From an uncultured Chlamydiae bacterium (GTDB lineage: Bacteria; Chlamydiota; Chlamydiia; Chlamydiales; SM23-39), in assembly GCA_963828125.1 (NCBI GenBank), contig CAWHDP010000002.1, forward strand, positions 1,312,001-1,376,000: a stretch of 64,000 nt of DNA, in the 5' to 3' direction. Positions 48,795 through 58,848 of this stretch are shown here, piece by piece. The notes under the pieces were generated by a model. That model saw only the letters and a program-made list of their open reading frames with translations. It was not told where the DNA came from and did not search any database. The stretch's first letter is position 1. Each line of letters starts with the position of its first letter. The position numbers and the translations under genes were made by a program.

Positions 48795-49640
48795 TCACCA
48801 GTTAAAATCTTGTTCATAGCCGAGCTCAATGAGCAGATCTCCGATCTCCTCTTTCACCGCGGTTTTATGTTCCTCTTTAAAATACTCCTTCCATGCACCG
48901 ACTTTCCCTTTGAAAAAACTATACCCTTTTCCAAAGTTCGATTTATATACGTTGTATAGATCCTGATCGGAAATATCGACTTTTAGCGCAGCTGCAATTT
49001 TCTTTAGTTCTCCCAAAGCGTCCAAGTCTGTAGCGGCGCCGCCGTGATTCCCCATCAGCTTGCTGAAATCCAAGGTGCAGCATGCCGGCGAATGGACCCA
49101 ACCCTTGAAATAGAGCGTCTCCCTTCTTAAATCCTTCCGGATCATGAGAAGCAACTTCTCGTCATCCGAAACAATCGACGCTAGCGATGGATCATTCAAA
49201 TGGATGTGTTTATAGTGGTTGAGTAACGATACGATTTGATCTCTTGGATCCCGTTTGATAAAAAAATTGATGCAGCTGTGTTCAAGAAGATAGTTTTCCA
49301 ATGTGACGGTAAAGGGTGCGTGCAAATGCAAGAACGTCCCATTTTTTTCGTTTTTGGCCCAGATCTGATCCATGGTTTTCCGGTTCCAGGGCGCCCGGCC
49401 GCTTGAAAAATAAATATCCTGAGGATCTTCAGTTAAGGTCTTATTCTCCGCTAAAAGTTTCGTCTCCTCTTGATATTTCTTCGCCCAAAAGACCTTCTTC
49501 CCTGTTAACGCAGTCAAAACGGGGATCAGCAAGTGGGTTCCTGTCTTGGGTTCCGTAAATAAAACAAAATTTTCAGACCACAACGATAGATGGACGCAAA
49601 TCGACGCCAATAATAGCGCCTTAAAAAAATTTAAACTCAT
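48795..49640 (-). CDS. PAPS-dependent sulfotransferase
   Basis: PKTGTH (5'-PSB), RDPRD..VS (3'-PB), FFKGKVGAWK; signal-like N-terminus. Confidence 0.88.
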   Translation of the reverse strand: MSLNFFKALLLASICVHLSLWSENFVLFTEPKTGTHLLIPVLTALTGKKVFWAKKYQEETKLLAENKTLTEDPQDIYFSSGRAPWNRKTMDQIWAKNEKNGTFLHLHAPFTVTLENYLLEHSCINFFIKRDPRDQIVSLLNHYKHIHLNDPSLASIVSDDEKLLLMIRKDLRRETLYFKGWVHSPACCTLDFSKLMGNHGGAATDLDALGELKKIAAALKVDISDQDLYNVYKSNFGKGYSFFKGKVGAWKEYFKEEHKTAVKEEIGDLLIELGYEQDFNW

Positions 49641-49646
49641 ACATTC

Positions 49647-50654
49647 TCACCTTTGTTCTTGTTGAAATTTGAGCATTCTGTGCATGGAGTCGATTTGGAG
49701 GAGTTGATCGGTCATCGAGAACCGAGTTTCGAAAATCCGGTGGGCCTCCTCCGCCATTTTCCACGCCATCTCAGGATCTCTCTGAATGTGGGCCATGTGT
49801 CCCTGGATTTGTCGATAGATTTCCTCTGAGGATTGGCTCGTGTCAACGTAAAACACAGCATCGCCAAATACCTCCTTTACAAAGGCGTTTTGATCCGAGA
49901 TAATCACAGCGGACGCTGCGGCTGCTTCGAAAATCCGCGAGGAGGGGATTTGAAACTTATTGTGGAGAGCAGAATGGAGAACGAGTACAATTCCGTGCCG
50001 TTGATAGGCTTTAATAACGGAAACGCCGTCAAAGCGCAGTTGTCCCATGTATCCGTCTCGAATCAGGTCGGGGTGGTGGTTGACGCCATAAAATTTTGTA
50101 AAGCCGCTTTGGCTGAGAAATTTATAGAGATTTTTATACTTGTCGCTCTTAGAGCGGTTGCTCCAAATAGGGAGGATCGTGGCGAGTTCGTTCAAAGCCA
50201 GTCTCTTGTAATGGATCGGCTGTAGAGTTGGATAAAAGGGTATTGTAGACAGCCGTCTGTTTTTGGACTGGAAGGTTTCGGGTTTGATAGTGAGTAAATA
50301 GGCGTCGTATTTTTCATAGAGGGGCAAGAGATATCCCTCCTCATCAAAAAAGCCAAAGGGGTGCAAGACAGCCATGTAGTTGCCGCAATCCGTTCTCAGG
50401 GGTTCGATATTGGGAATGAGGCAAAGGATCCAATCGAGGCGGTGGACGCGCTGAATGATCTTACCTCTATCTTCATCTAGGAAGACCCTCCAGCCGAGTT
50501 CTTCTGCCGCCCGTTTAATCCGCCATCCCAATTCTCTCTCTCCATAATAACTTTTGTCGCTGACGATTCCGATTGAAGTCACGGCCTGAACGCTGAGCTG
50601 GAGCAGGACGAAAAGAATGAGAAGAGATGGGCGAAGCCGACACATAAAGAACAT
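49647..50654 (-). CDS. GT-B-type glycosyltransferase-like protein
   Basis: C-terminal SSRIFEAAAA...IISD motif typical of Glyco_trans_1_2-like domains; signal-like N-terminus ending in VQA. Confidence 0.65.
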   Translation of the reverse strand: MFFMCRLRPSLLILFVLLQLSVQAVTSIGIVSDKSYYGERELGWRIKRAAEELGWRVFLDEDRGKIIQRVHRLDWILCLIPNIEPLRTDCGNYMAVLHPFGFFDEEGYLLPLYEKYDAYLLTIKPETFQSKNRRLSTIPFYPTLQPIHYKRLALNELATILPIWSNRSKSDKYKNLYKFLSQSGFTKFYGVNHHPDLIRDGYMGQLRFDGVSVIKAYQRHGIVLVLHSALHNKFQIPSSRIFEAAAASAVIISDQNAFVKEVFGDAVFYVDTSQSSEEIYRQIQGHMAHIQRDPEMAWKMAEEAHRIFETRFSMTDQLLQIDSMHRMLKFQQEQR

Positions 50655-50778
50655 CCCTGACCTGGTTTCCTGAAGGATTCTAGAGATGTATAGAAATTAT
50701 TTCTACAAAAAGTTGAATATGGATCCCATTTTTTTATTTTTTTGAACTGGACATTGGCCAGTTGAATCTGACCAAGAT

Positions 50779-51576
50779 GTGTGGTATACGTCGACGTCCA
50801 AAAGGATGTTTCGGATGAGGTTATTGTTCTTGAGTTTTTTTCTCGTTTTCGGCCGAACGGCTCCTGCCGGCGAGAGTCCCGTCCGAGTGAAATTGTTTTG
50901 CTTGTTCACGCCCGAATTCCAAATTCTCTATGAGCGCTATTTTCTCCCGAGCATTCAGGATGATTTTGATGTGATTGTAAGAGAGTATCCTCAGGAGTGC
51001 CCTACAGGGGTCTATCGCTCCGAGGGGTGGGATAAAACCATGATCCATAAATTAGAGATGCTGCAGGACGCTGCCATTGGCTGTGCGGAGAATCAGGTTT
51101 TTATTTACGCAGACGTCGATATCATTTTTCTTAAACCGGCGCTGCCGGCGCTCTTAGAATGTTTGGGAACGAACGATTTTGTCGTGCAGCAAGGCTGGCC
51201 AAGGAGAGGTTTGTGCGCCGGACTGATCGTCCTACGAGCCAATGAGAAAACCTCAACATGGATCAAGAGAGCCCGCGCATTGCTGGAGAGAAAAATGTGT
51301 CCTGATGATCAAGTGGCCCTGCAAAGGTCATTGGAGAGTTTTCGAGAAGGGGAGATCTCGTGGGCGTTTCTCCCTTCCGAACAGTTTCCGAACGGGAGGC
51401 GAGTTTTAAAAGCCTATTCTCAGGAGAAAAACCAGCTCTATACAAGGGATTCTGAACTCGCTCTCGACGATTCGATTGTCCTGTTTCACGCCAATTGCTG
51501 CTTAGGGCTGGAAGATAAGTGCCATTTCTTAACGCGCGTCCAAGAAGAATATTTGAAAAATAGGTGTCATTTATGA
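50779..51576 (+). CDS. Nucleotide-diphospho-sugar transferase (GT77-like, GT-A)
   Basis: FIYADVDIIFL, CAG...LR, DDQ.AL, FHAN.....K; signal-like N-terminus (start likely ~50815). Confidence 0.75.
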   Translation: MWYTSTSKRMFRMRLLFLSFFLVFGRTAPAGESPVRVKLFCLFTPEFQILYERYFLPSIQDDFDVIVREYPQECPTGVYRSEGWDKTMIHKLEMLQDAAIGCAENQVFIYADVDIIFLKPALPALLECLGTNDFVVQQGWPRRGLCAGLIVLRANEKTSTWIKRARALLERKMCPDDQVALQRSLESFREGEISWAFLPSEQFPNGRRVLKAYSQEKNQLYTRDSELALDDSIVLFHANCCLGLEDKCHFLTRVQEEYLKNRCHL

Positions 51577-52379
51577 AGTGTTTTCTATCGATTGGGATAT
51601 TTTTACTTGCCTCTCTAGCTCCTTTGTTCACTTGTGCCGAGGAACTCCTCGACGTCGAGACACTGCCTCGCATGAGAACCAAACAGTACAGAATAGAGCC
51701 TTGGAAAAAAATTGTGGTTTTTTCAGCGCCGAGAACGGGCAGCTCCCTCCTTTATAATATCCTCCGATTCCTCTTTGAAAAAGATCAAAATCTATGGCGC
51801 CGCCATGATCAATTTTATCGAGGTTGCACGGTGGTAAAAACCCATAAGTACGCCGACGCGAGTGCAGTGGAAAGGGGCGATACATTCTTCGTGGTTCCGA
51901 TTCGGAACCCACTTCATGCGAGCATGTCGACCTATAGAATTCACTACCGGCCTATCGAGGTACTGCAGGATTTTTGTAAGAATCTCATCACCCGCCAGGC
52001 GGATCACCTCATGTTTGCTGAAACGTTGCAGATGAAAGGACAGAAAGTTGTGTTCCTCCGGTATGAAGATTTTGAAGATCATCCCGATTACGTGATGGAT
52101 TTTATTGAGGATCAGTTTCAGATCGCGATTTCTCCTCGCGACAGGGATCTGATTCGGAGAGGATATAGCCGAGAAAACATCTTTTTCTCGGTACAAGCCC
52201 TCCGAGATTTCGGGGAATTGCTGCCGATTTCTGGTTTTCACGGCAAACACGTCTCGTTGGAAAATTATACGATACCGGACGAGGCGATGTTTTGGCTCAA
52301 CTTCTATCTAGAAGGGGCAAAGCCGCTCTACAGAAAATATGGGTATTTCGGAGATGTGGATCCGGCTTACAGCAAATGA
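51564..52379 (+). CDS. Sulfotransferase-like protein
   Basis: APRTGSS..YN, VKTH, RNP...S, RYE; signal-like N-terminus. Confidence 0.75.
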   Translation: MSFMKCFLSIGIFLLASLAPLFTCAEELLDVETLPRMRTKQYRIEPWKKIVVFSAPRTGSSLLYNILRFLFEKDQNLWRRHDQFYRGCTVVKTHKYADASAVERGDTFFVVPIRNPLHASMSTYRIHYRPIEVLQDFCKNLITRQADHLMFAETLQMKGQKVVFLRYEDFEDHPDYVMDFIEDQFQIAISPRDRDLIRRGYSRENIFFSVQALRDFGELLPISGFHGKHVSLENYTIPDEAMFWLNFYLEGAKPLYRKYGYFGDVDPAYSK

Positions 52380-53531
52380 CACAGGAGGGTAATTTCTGTT
52401 CATTTTCTCTGGGTATACGTCTCGATAAAGAAAAGACTCGCTCGAATAAAATTGGATCTCCACAGGCGCTTCCCCTATGCAATCCCTCGGGATCTTCCCG
52501 CAATACAGGGAAAAGGGGGCCCCATTTTTCTTAAAAATCTCGAACTCCACGCCATTGACCCTCACTCTGGGGATTACCTCCGGCTTCAGGGGCTGGGCCG
52601 TGAAAGAGAGATTGTAATCTCTTCCCGCCTCCAGAGAAAAATAAATGATCGCAGGTTGGTTCATGACCCACCTGTAGGTGGAGTACACCCCAACGTGTTC
52701 TCCGGTCGACTCTCGGTAGCTCCACCATTTTCCGTTGAGAGGCTGATCGAAGCGGTAGTCTACCTCAGTTGTTTTCGTTAAGAGAGAGTCAAAAGATTTT
52801 GTCCTTAATCGGTATCCGTTTCTTTTCATTTGCAGATGAGTCTTGGCATACTGATACAATTCTAGATCGAGGAGATTGATCTGCCTGATCTCCTTGAGCA
52901 GCTCCTCGGATACAGGCTCCTTTTGAGTAAAGTTCACTCTGGGAATGTCCTGCCGCTCCAAAGAAATGCCAAGTCGCTGAAAAAGAGCGGCAACATCATC
53001 TGCAAAGCGATCGAAAAAGATCACGCAGTCGATCCTTCGCAAGCTCTCCTTTGCGCTTTCCAAAAGCTCCCTTCCCTCTAAGAGCGGGTTAGCCGCCAAA
53101 TGTCTGCAATGGGCATTGTCGATCAAACCACTATTATATTTCGAAACAGGCGAGTCTCTTTCCCTCATCACCGACTCGAGATTGGGAAACTCGGGATTTT
53201 GGAATTTCTTCGCACGGAGAAAAGAGAGATATCTCTCGACAGGATCCCTCAAAATGGTTACTTTGAAAGCCGCTTCAAAATCGGGGTCTAAGTCCTTGCA
53301 GAGCCAATAAGGAAGATGGCCTGAAACAAGCTCTTGAACAACGGGCGCCTTTGCCGTCTTCCGGTTCCGATAGGGATAGATCTCCTCCGCGCTGACTTGC
53401 ATTTCTAGGAGAGTGCGGAGCGTCGTCCCGGCTGTCTTGGGAATGTGTACAAAGTAGAGCCTAGACTCCAAGTCGAATGGCGTCCATCCAGCGAGAATCC
53501 ATAAACACCAAAGAGCTGTGAGCCGCATCAT
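52308..53531 (-). CDS. Sulfotransferase family 2 protein
   Basis: FVHIPKTAGTT, SGH, TILRDPVERYLS, N.LDLELY..A; extra C-terminal beta-rich domain. Confidence 0.88.
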   Translation of the reverse strand: MMRLTALWCLWILAGWTPFDLESRLYFVHIPKTAGTTLRTLLEMQVSAEEIYPYRNRKTAKAPVVQELVSGHLPYWLCKDLDPDFEAAFKVTILRDPVERYLSFLRAKKFQNPEFPNLESVMRERDSPVSKYNSGLIDNAHCRHLAANPLLEGRELLESAKESLRRIDCVIFFDRFADDVAALFQRLGISLERQDIPRVNFTQKEPVSEELLKEIRQINLLDLELYQYAKTHLQMKRNGYRLRTKSFDSLLTKTTEVDYRFDQPLNGKWWSYRESTGEHVGVYSTYRWVMNQPAIIYFSLEAGRDYNLSFTAQPLKPEVIPRVRVNGVEFEIFKKNGAPFSLYCGKIPRDCIGEAPVEIQFYSSESFLYRDVYPEKMNRNYPPVSFAVSRIHISEIPIFSVERLCPF

Positions 53532-54346
53532 AAATCCGTTTTGAAGATTTTCAGATATTTTTCCCAGATGACCGGCGCTCTCTGCTCTAGATACGCATCG
53601 ATCGACGCAAGAACTTCTGGACTGATACCTTTGGTATAGTGGATAGCTTTGGGTCCTTCCGAGGCAGAGGAGCCGCCAAAGTTATGCTGGTGTTGATGTT
53701 TGTAGCTGTCGAGCAGCTTGGCGGCGTATAGCTGTTTATTCATCCTAAAATCGTCGAGATAGGCGGGCTCTTCGCCCATGAATGCAAGCAATCGGAGGAG
53801 GATTTCTTCGTCCCGCTCGATGAAATCCTCATAATAAAACATCATTCTGTTGTCGGGATCCCAGCTATCGTATACCTCGAACGCTTGCAAATAGCGTTCA
53901 AAAAAATCGCGAATGAATTCGGGATCCTCGATGACTGAGGCAGTGGAAGTCAGAAAAAACTTTCTAAACAGGAGTTCTTTGGGATTCCGCGTTAAGAAAA
54001 TGAGCTTGTTTTTATTCGATGGCAACTGGCGTAACTGATCAAAATCGCGGTGGGTTCGGTACAAAAGGGGTCTGTCCGTGATGAGCGGCAGGCCGATCCG
54101 ATTGTAAGAGGGGTGCGTCCTACATGAGTCTACAGGATTCAAAACTCGTCTTCCCCAGTGCAGCCACGAGATTGGCTTTCTTGTGATCGCCGTCAAGCTG
54201 CCAGTCACCCAATTCACTCCTGACTTGGGCGTAGTTAAAAAAATGACGGCGCCCTGGCTTTTTTCCAAACATTCAAAGTTGGGAATTTCTGAGCTGCATA
54301 GGGCGCCCATCGCAAGAAGAAACGAGATAATCGCCGTCCTGAGCAT
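53528..54346 (-). CDS. Sulfotransferase-like protein
   Basis: TPKSGVNW, RTH, TRNPKE, YEDF. Probable start ATG 54346 (MLRTAIISFLLAMGALC). Confidence 0.75.
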   Translation of the reverse strand: MLRTAIISFLLAMGALCSSEIPNFECLEKSQGAVIFLTTPKSGVNWVTGSLTAITRKPISWLHWGRRVLNPVDSCRTHPSYNRIGLPLITDRPLLYRTHRDFDQLRQLPSNKNKLIFLTRNPKELLFRKFFLTSTASVIEDPEFIRDFFERYLQAFEVYDSWDPDNRMMFYYEDFIERDEEILLRLLAFMGEEPAYLDDFRMNKQLYAAKLLDSYKHQHQHNFGGSSASEGPKAIHYTKGISPEVLASIDAYLEQRAPVIWEKYLKIFKTDL

Positions 54347-54410
54347 GGATGAGACCTCCAATTTTTTGAGGGCGATTGTACGAAAATTTTTTATTTCTAT
54401 CAAGAAATAT

Positions 54411-55256
54411 TCACCAATTATCGTCCTGCTCATAGCCCAGAGCGATTAAATGGGCCCCCAACTTTTCTTTGAAAGCTGCCTTATGAATCGGCTTAAAGGC
54501 GGCTCTCCATCCGCCGATTTTCCCTTGGCGGAAGGTGGTCTGATAGTGTTGAAAATTCCCTTGCCCAAACGGGTTTTCTTCGTCGCCATAGAGTCGGGAG
54601 GCAATGGCCTCCACTTCTAGGGCGGATAAAGGCGCGTTGATGTGCCTGGCGATTTTTTCGAGAGTCTGCAGTTGTTTTTCTATAGTTCCTCCTCCTTGGG
54701 GTCCCACGATATCTTCGTAGCGGCACACGAGGATCTGGGGATTTTTGACCAGGTCTGCAGCCTGCTTAGCCACTTTTTGGATCTCTAGATGCTGCTTGAT
54801 TCCTGGGGGAGCGAGTTGATAGTTTTGTTGAATGACAAAGAGGAGCTGCTCATCGAAAGAGAGGTGATTAAAGGCTTTTGTTTTGTTTGGATAGCCCGTG
54901 AATTCGGGCCAAATTCCCTTGCGCATTTGATAGACAATCGATACACAGACGTCGCGCAAATCGCGGATTCCTAAGATACGTTGAGTGAAAGAGGCGTCAT
55001 AAAATCGCAAGAGTTCTGAAGAGAGACAGCAATGGGTGTAAGGAAAGTGGCGGTGATGCAAGGTCTCCTGGATAGAAAGGGGTTCAAGATGCCAATGGGG
55101 AGTAAGTCCCGTCATAAAATAGAGGGCTTTGATCATCAGATGAGAACCCGATTTGGGGATTGTAAAAAGGGCGAACGGCAAGGGTTCTGGATGTTGTTGG
55201 GCAGAGAGGTTACATAGGAACACAAGGAGATGGACGGCGAGGAATTTTTTCAGCAT
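54411..55256 (-). CDS. PAPS-dependent sulfotransferase
   Basis: IPKSGSH, RDLRDVCVS, RYED, FRQGKIGGW; signal-like N-terminus. Confidence 0.88.
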   Translation of the reverse strand: MLKKFLAVHLLVFLCNLSAQQHPEPLPFALFTIPKSGSHLMIKALYFMTGLTPHWHLEPLSIQETLHHRHFPYTHCCLSSELLRFYDASFTQRILGIRDLRDVCVSIVYQMRKGIWPEFTGYPNKTKAFNHLSFDEQLLFVIQQNYQLAPPGIKQHLEIQKVAKQAADLVKNPQILVCRYEDIVGPQGGGTIEKQLQTLEKIARHINAPLSALEVEAIASRLYGDEENPFGQGNFQHYQTTFRQGKIGGWRAAFKPIHKAAFKEKLGAHLIALGYEQDDNW

Positions 55257-56694
55257 ATTGCACTCTTATTTTTTTACGTGATTTCATGAATACAAAGATG
55301 AGAATGGATGAGATAAAAAATACGATTTCGAATCGAAGATAGAGGCTCAACTTATTTTTGAAAGCAGAGAGCCAGTGGGCGATCCGTTCAGAAAAGTTGT
55401 CGGGAGTCACATCGTGGCAGTCCCGAAACCAGATGTTGGCCCATTGATGATTGGCAAAAGGTCTTGCTTCTGAATGAGGGGCAAATGTTCTATTTTTCAA
55501 AGGAAATACCCAGGAGGAGGGGAAAATGAGCGTAGAGCCCTCTTTAATATGTAAATCGACTCCGATTTTGAAGCTGTCGAAAGTTCGACCCAATGTCCGT
55601 AAGAGTACGGAGCTTTTGTCGTTGCAGGGGAAAAGATGTGTATAGAGATCCCAACGGTTGGCTATTTGATCCAAGGTCTCTTTTAAGATCGGATGACCGG
55701 GTTTAGAGCCGATCAAACAGTTGGTCACGATGACCGAATTTTCATCGAAAGCTCTTCGATGAAAGGGCTCCAAAGGGGCATAGAAGGAAAATTGACTATT
55801 CATCGATTCAAAGGAGCGGAAACACTCAATGTCATGATCGACATAGACTCCCCCTTCGTTGAAGAGAATCTGGCAGCGGAGCAAATCGGATTTTTCAGCC
55901 CAATTGGCGGCCTGAGAAAAATAGGGTTCCAGCGGTTCCAAGTCCAATTCGGACAAGAGATGTTTTTCCATGCCCGGAACAGGAAGAGGGCGGGACGGGT
56001 CGTCGGTCCAAAATTTGACAATCCAGCCGGGGTGGAGTTGGATCCAAGATTCGATATTTTTAATCGATTGTTTAGGAAAAGATCTTCCCCCCCAAATGAA
56101 GTGGAGGACGTGGGGAATTTTGGGTTTAATGGAGGGGGGGTGAGGCCCAGGGATGTAGTGTGAAAATAATGCACTGTACATTTGAAGAGAGATCTGGTCA
56201 TCTGCCGTGAGGGATGTAGGGCGACCGGTCTCATTCAGCTCGTAAAAATCGAGCGGTTCCCCTATTTTTTTTGGCCAGATTTTCTCGAGATTCCAGGGGA
56301 GTCCAAATACCAGGGATAGAGGAAGCGCATATTTTAAAACGGGTTTCCAGTACGAAGCGCCGCATTTGGCGCATAAGATTCCTAGGGCGAGGCTATTCAA
56401 GAGGGTGAAGGCGACGAGCTGCCAACAAACCCTTCTGACTTTTTTGAGCTGGGCCATAAAGGCGCTCTCTTCGAGGGTTTTTTTCACTTTAGCCCCATGG
56501 ATGTCATACAAAGCTCGGGTCAAGGTAGGAAGGGACTTAAACTTCCAAAAGCAGACTCCAGAGAGAGGAGAGGGAGAAATGTCGGTCATAAAGACCTGAT
56601 CCCGGGAGGATAAAATCGGCGGGCAAAATTTTTTTCGGCTCGTGTAAAAGACCGGGCATGCAAGCGAGAATCGATGTTCCGTCGGAAGAGACAA
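55210..56694 (-). CDS. GT32-family (DXD) glycosyltransferase with TM segments
   Basis: IPHVLHFIWGG, KSDLLR..IL..EGGVYVDHD, HP.L. True start is uncertain (possibly ATG 56589). Confidence 0.8.
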   Translation of the reverse strand: MSLPTEHRFSLACPVFYTSRKKFCPPILSSRDQVFMTDISPSPLSGVCFWKFKSLPTLTRALYDIHGAKVKKTLEESAFMAQLKKVRRVCWQLVAFTLLNSLALGILCAKCGASYWKPVLKYALPLSLVFGLPWNLEKIWPKKIGEPLDFYELNETGRPTSLTADDQISLQMYSALFSHYIPGPHPPSIKPKIPHVLHFIWGGRSFPKQSIKNIESWIQLHPGWIVKFWTDDPSRPLPVPGMEKHLLSELDLEPLEPYFSQAANWAEKSDLLRCQILFNEGGVYVDHDIECFRSFESMNSQFSFYAPLEPFHRRAFDENSVIVTNCLIGSKPGHPILKETLDQIANRWDLYTHLFPCNDKSSVLLRTLGRTFDSFKIGVDLHIKEGSTLIFPSSWVFPLKNRTFAPHSEARPFANHQWANIWFRDCHDVTPDNFSERIAHWLSAFKNKLSLYLRFEIVFFISSILIFVFMKSRKKIRVQYAEKIPRRPSPCVPM

Positions 56695-57052
56695 ATCCCC
56701 TCTCTTCGCGAACGAGAGATTCTAGCGGTTTGCAGCAAATGAGATCGGGATGAACCCAGACGCCCCCTTCCCTTTCTAAAATCGCGTCTCTTGCCGTTTG
56801 CTCATCTCTCCAGGCGGGATCGATCGGACATAAAGCGGCCCGTTTTGTCTGGAGAGAGGCGTGGGTCCAGATTTTAAACGCATATTTGGGATGGGCGTTT
56901 TGCCAAGATTCGAGAGCATAGAGCTCCTCCTGTGCAAAGGGGGCGCTTTCCAGCCGAATCCAGTGGAAGACCCTCGGGATATCGGAGAGCTCTGCGCACT
57001 CGGCAGCGCCCGCACAGAAAAGGGACACGAGCGCCAAAAAGATTTTTTTCAA
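56537..57052 (-). CDS. Short, degenerate GT32-like protein with signal-like N-terminus
   Basis: IPRVFHWI, SW...HP.Y..KIW, IL.REGGVWVHPD (DxD changed to HPD). Confidence 0.55.
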   Translation of the reverse strand: MKKIFLALVSLFCAGAAECAELSDIPRVFHWIRLESAPFAQEELYALESWQNAHPKYAFKIWTHASLQTKRAALCPIDPAWRDEQTARDAILEREGGVWVHPDLICCKPLESLVREERGFVSSDGTSILACMPGLLHEPKKILPADFILPGSGLYDRHFSLSSLWSLLLEV

Positions 57053-57059
57053 TGGTTGA

Positions 57060-57629
57060 TCACTCTTTAAGGCTTAACGTGCGATAAAATTCCGCGAATC
57101 GGACGGAGATCTCCTGAAGAGATTCTATCTCGGTCGCGAAGATGAGATCAGGACGCTCTGGCGGGTCATAGGGGGCGGAAATTCCCGTAAAATCTTGGAT
57201 CTCGCCCCGGAGCGCTTTGGCGTACATGCCCTTTACATCTCGTTGAATACACGTATTCAATCCAGTTTTGACATAGACGAGATAAAAATCGGCGCCTCCG
57301 CTTTCGATCAATTGCCGTACTCTGTCTCTTTGGGTTTCCAAAGGGCTGATCGTCGTGACGACGACCGTTCCGGCCTCATCCAGCTTTGCAAGGGCCAATT
57401 GGGCGATTCTTTCCAAATTCTTCTGTCTGTCTTCAGGAGAATAGCCTAAGTCTTTATTGACCGTTTTTCGAATTACGTCTCCGTCCAAATGGACAAATTC
57501 AGGAAATGCCTTGCAGACCGATTCGGCAATGGTCGTTTTCCCTGAGCAAGGAAGTCCTGTGAACCAAAAGACTTCTTTGGCATTTGCAGCTGCAATGAAA
57601 GAGAGAAAAAGGAAGAGGTATTTTGGCAT
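57060..57629 (-). CDS. cysC: Adenylyl-sulfate (APS) kinase with signal-like N-terminus
   Basis: WFTGLPCSGKTT, LDGD.IR, DLG.S..DR..N, ISP, RDVKGMY.KA..G.I..FTGI.APY. Confidence 0.92.
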   Translation of the reverse strand: MPKYLFLFLSFIAAANAKEVFWFTGLPCSGKTTIAESVCKAFPEFVHLDGDVIRKTVNKDLGYSPEDRQKNLERIAQLALAKLDEAGTVVVTTISPLETQRDRVRQLIESGGADFYLVYVKTGLNTCIQRDVKGMYAKALRGEIQDFTGISAPYDPPERPDLIFATEIESLQEISVRFAEFYRTLSLKE

Positions 57630-57660
57630 TGGCGATCCTTTTTTTGTTGTCCCACAATAT

Positions 57661-58848
57661 CTAAAGAATTGATTTTTTGTCCATTGAGGAATTCAGCTTG
57701 TCTGAGTGAAAAACTTCGCGAGCGCTCTTAAAAAAAAGTAGGCTCGCCGATATGCTGACGATTCCAAAGACTGCAAATCCGAGCGAATACACTTTCCACG
57801 TTCCGAAGATTCCCAAGATCTGCGGAATGAGGCCTGCGCCGATCACGAACGAACTCGATGCGAAGAGCGAGACGGCGCTCGCTTTTCTCTCTTTCGGCGT
57901 GATTTTTGAGATGCCAGCATAGACCAGGGTCGTCAATCCGATTGCGAGGGCTGATTCGATGCAAAGGGCGACGACGGCGGTTTTTGGATTCAGAGCGCCC
58001 AGAAGGAGGGTGAAACTTCCCGCAAGAAAGAGAAAGGCTGTCAGCGATGCGGCAAGGCCCCAAACATCGAGGATCCACCCCCCTAGGAGAGAGGAGAGGA
58101 GGCCAAGGAGTCTAGAAAAACTGAGAGCCGTATAGAGAATCTCGTCGGACCATCCTTGCTCGAGGATGAAATAGGCAGGAGAGATCGAGTAAATCCCCAT
58201 GTTCAGCCCCATGGCAAGGGCATGGAGGGCCAACATCCACCGATTTATTTTGGAAGAGAGAAAATCCCGTATGTAGTCAAAAGAAGGGAGCCCCCCTTTT
58301 TCATCGCGATTTTTCGCGGTTCGTTGGAAGACAAGTCCCAGCAAGCCAAGACAAATGCCTAAACCGAAGAAGAAAGAGCGGTAGGAAGCGGTTTGGCCGA
58401 TCCAGTTGCCGAAGAAGGGGGTTGTAATCATCGCAAGAGTTTGGAAGGAAGAAAACGAGGCGACGGCCCTTCCTAATTTCTCTTGGGGAATGATGGATCC
58501 TAAATAGGCGATCGCAGAAGGGAGGAAAAGACCCGACAGCCCGCCGAGAGAGAAAAGAAAGATTCCGAGAAAATACCGATTTCCAACCATGGGAAAAAGG
58601 GAGAGGAGGCAACCCGAGCCGAGAATCGAGAGGCTGATTACTTTGTGGTGGCTGATTTTCGCCGACACGAACTGCGAGCTGAATAATGAAAGTCCGAAGC
58701 CGAACGCGAGGAGCAGATAGAGGGCGCCGAGACCCTGCGGCGAGAGGAGGTACTCGTTTGAAAGCCTGCCCGCGAGCATCGGAAATACCATCCGGCCGAT
58801 GACATTGAGGAAATAAAGAGCGCCGAGAAGAAGGAGGGGGCCGATCAT
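57661..58848 (-). CDS. MFS transporter
   Basis: About 12 TM segments; GGW..D.WG loop motif. Start ATG 58848 overlaps the cysN stop. Confidence 0.82.
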   Translation of the reverse strand: MIGPLLLLGALYFLNVIGRMVFPMLAGRLSNEYLLSPQGLGALYLLLAFGFGLSLFSSQFVSAKISHHKVISLSILGSGCLLSLFPMVGNRYFLGIFLFSLGGLSGLFLPSAIAYLGSIIPQEKLGRAVASFSSFQTLAMITTPFFGNWIGQTASYRSFFFGLGICLGLLGLVFQRTAKNRDEKGGLPSFDYIRDFLSSKINRWMLALHALAMGLNMGIYSISPAYFILEQGWSDEILYTALSFSRLLGLLSSLLGGWILDVWGLAASLTAFLFLAGSFTLLLGALNPKTAVVALCIESALAIGLTTLVYAGISKITPKERKASAVSLFASSSFVIGAGLIPQILGIFGTWKVYSLGFAVFGIVSISASLLFFKSAREVFHSDKLNSSMDKKSIL

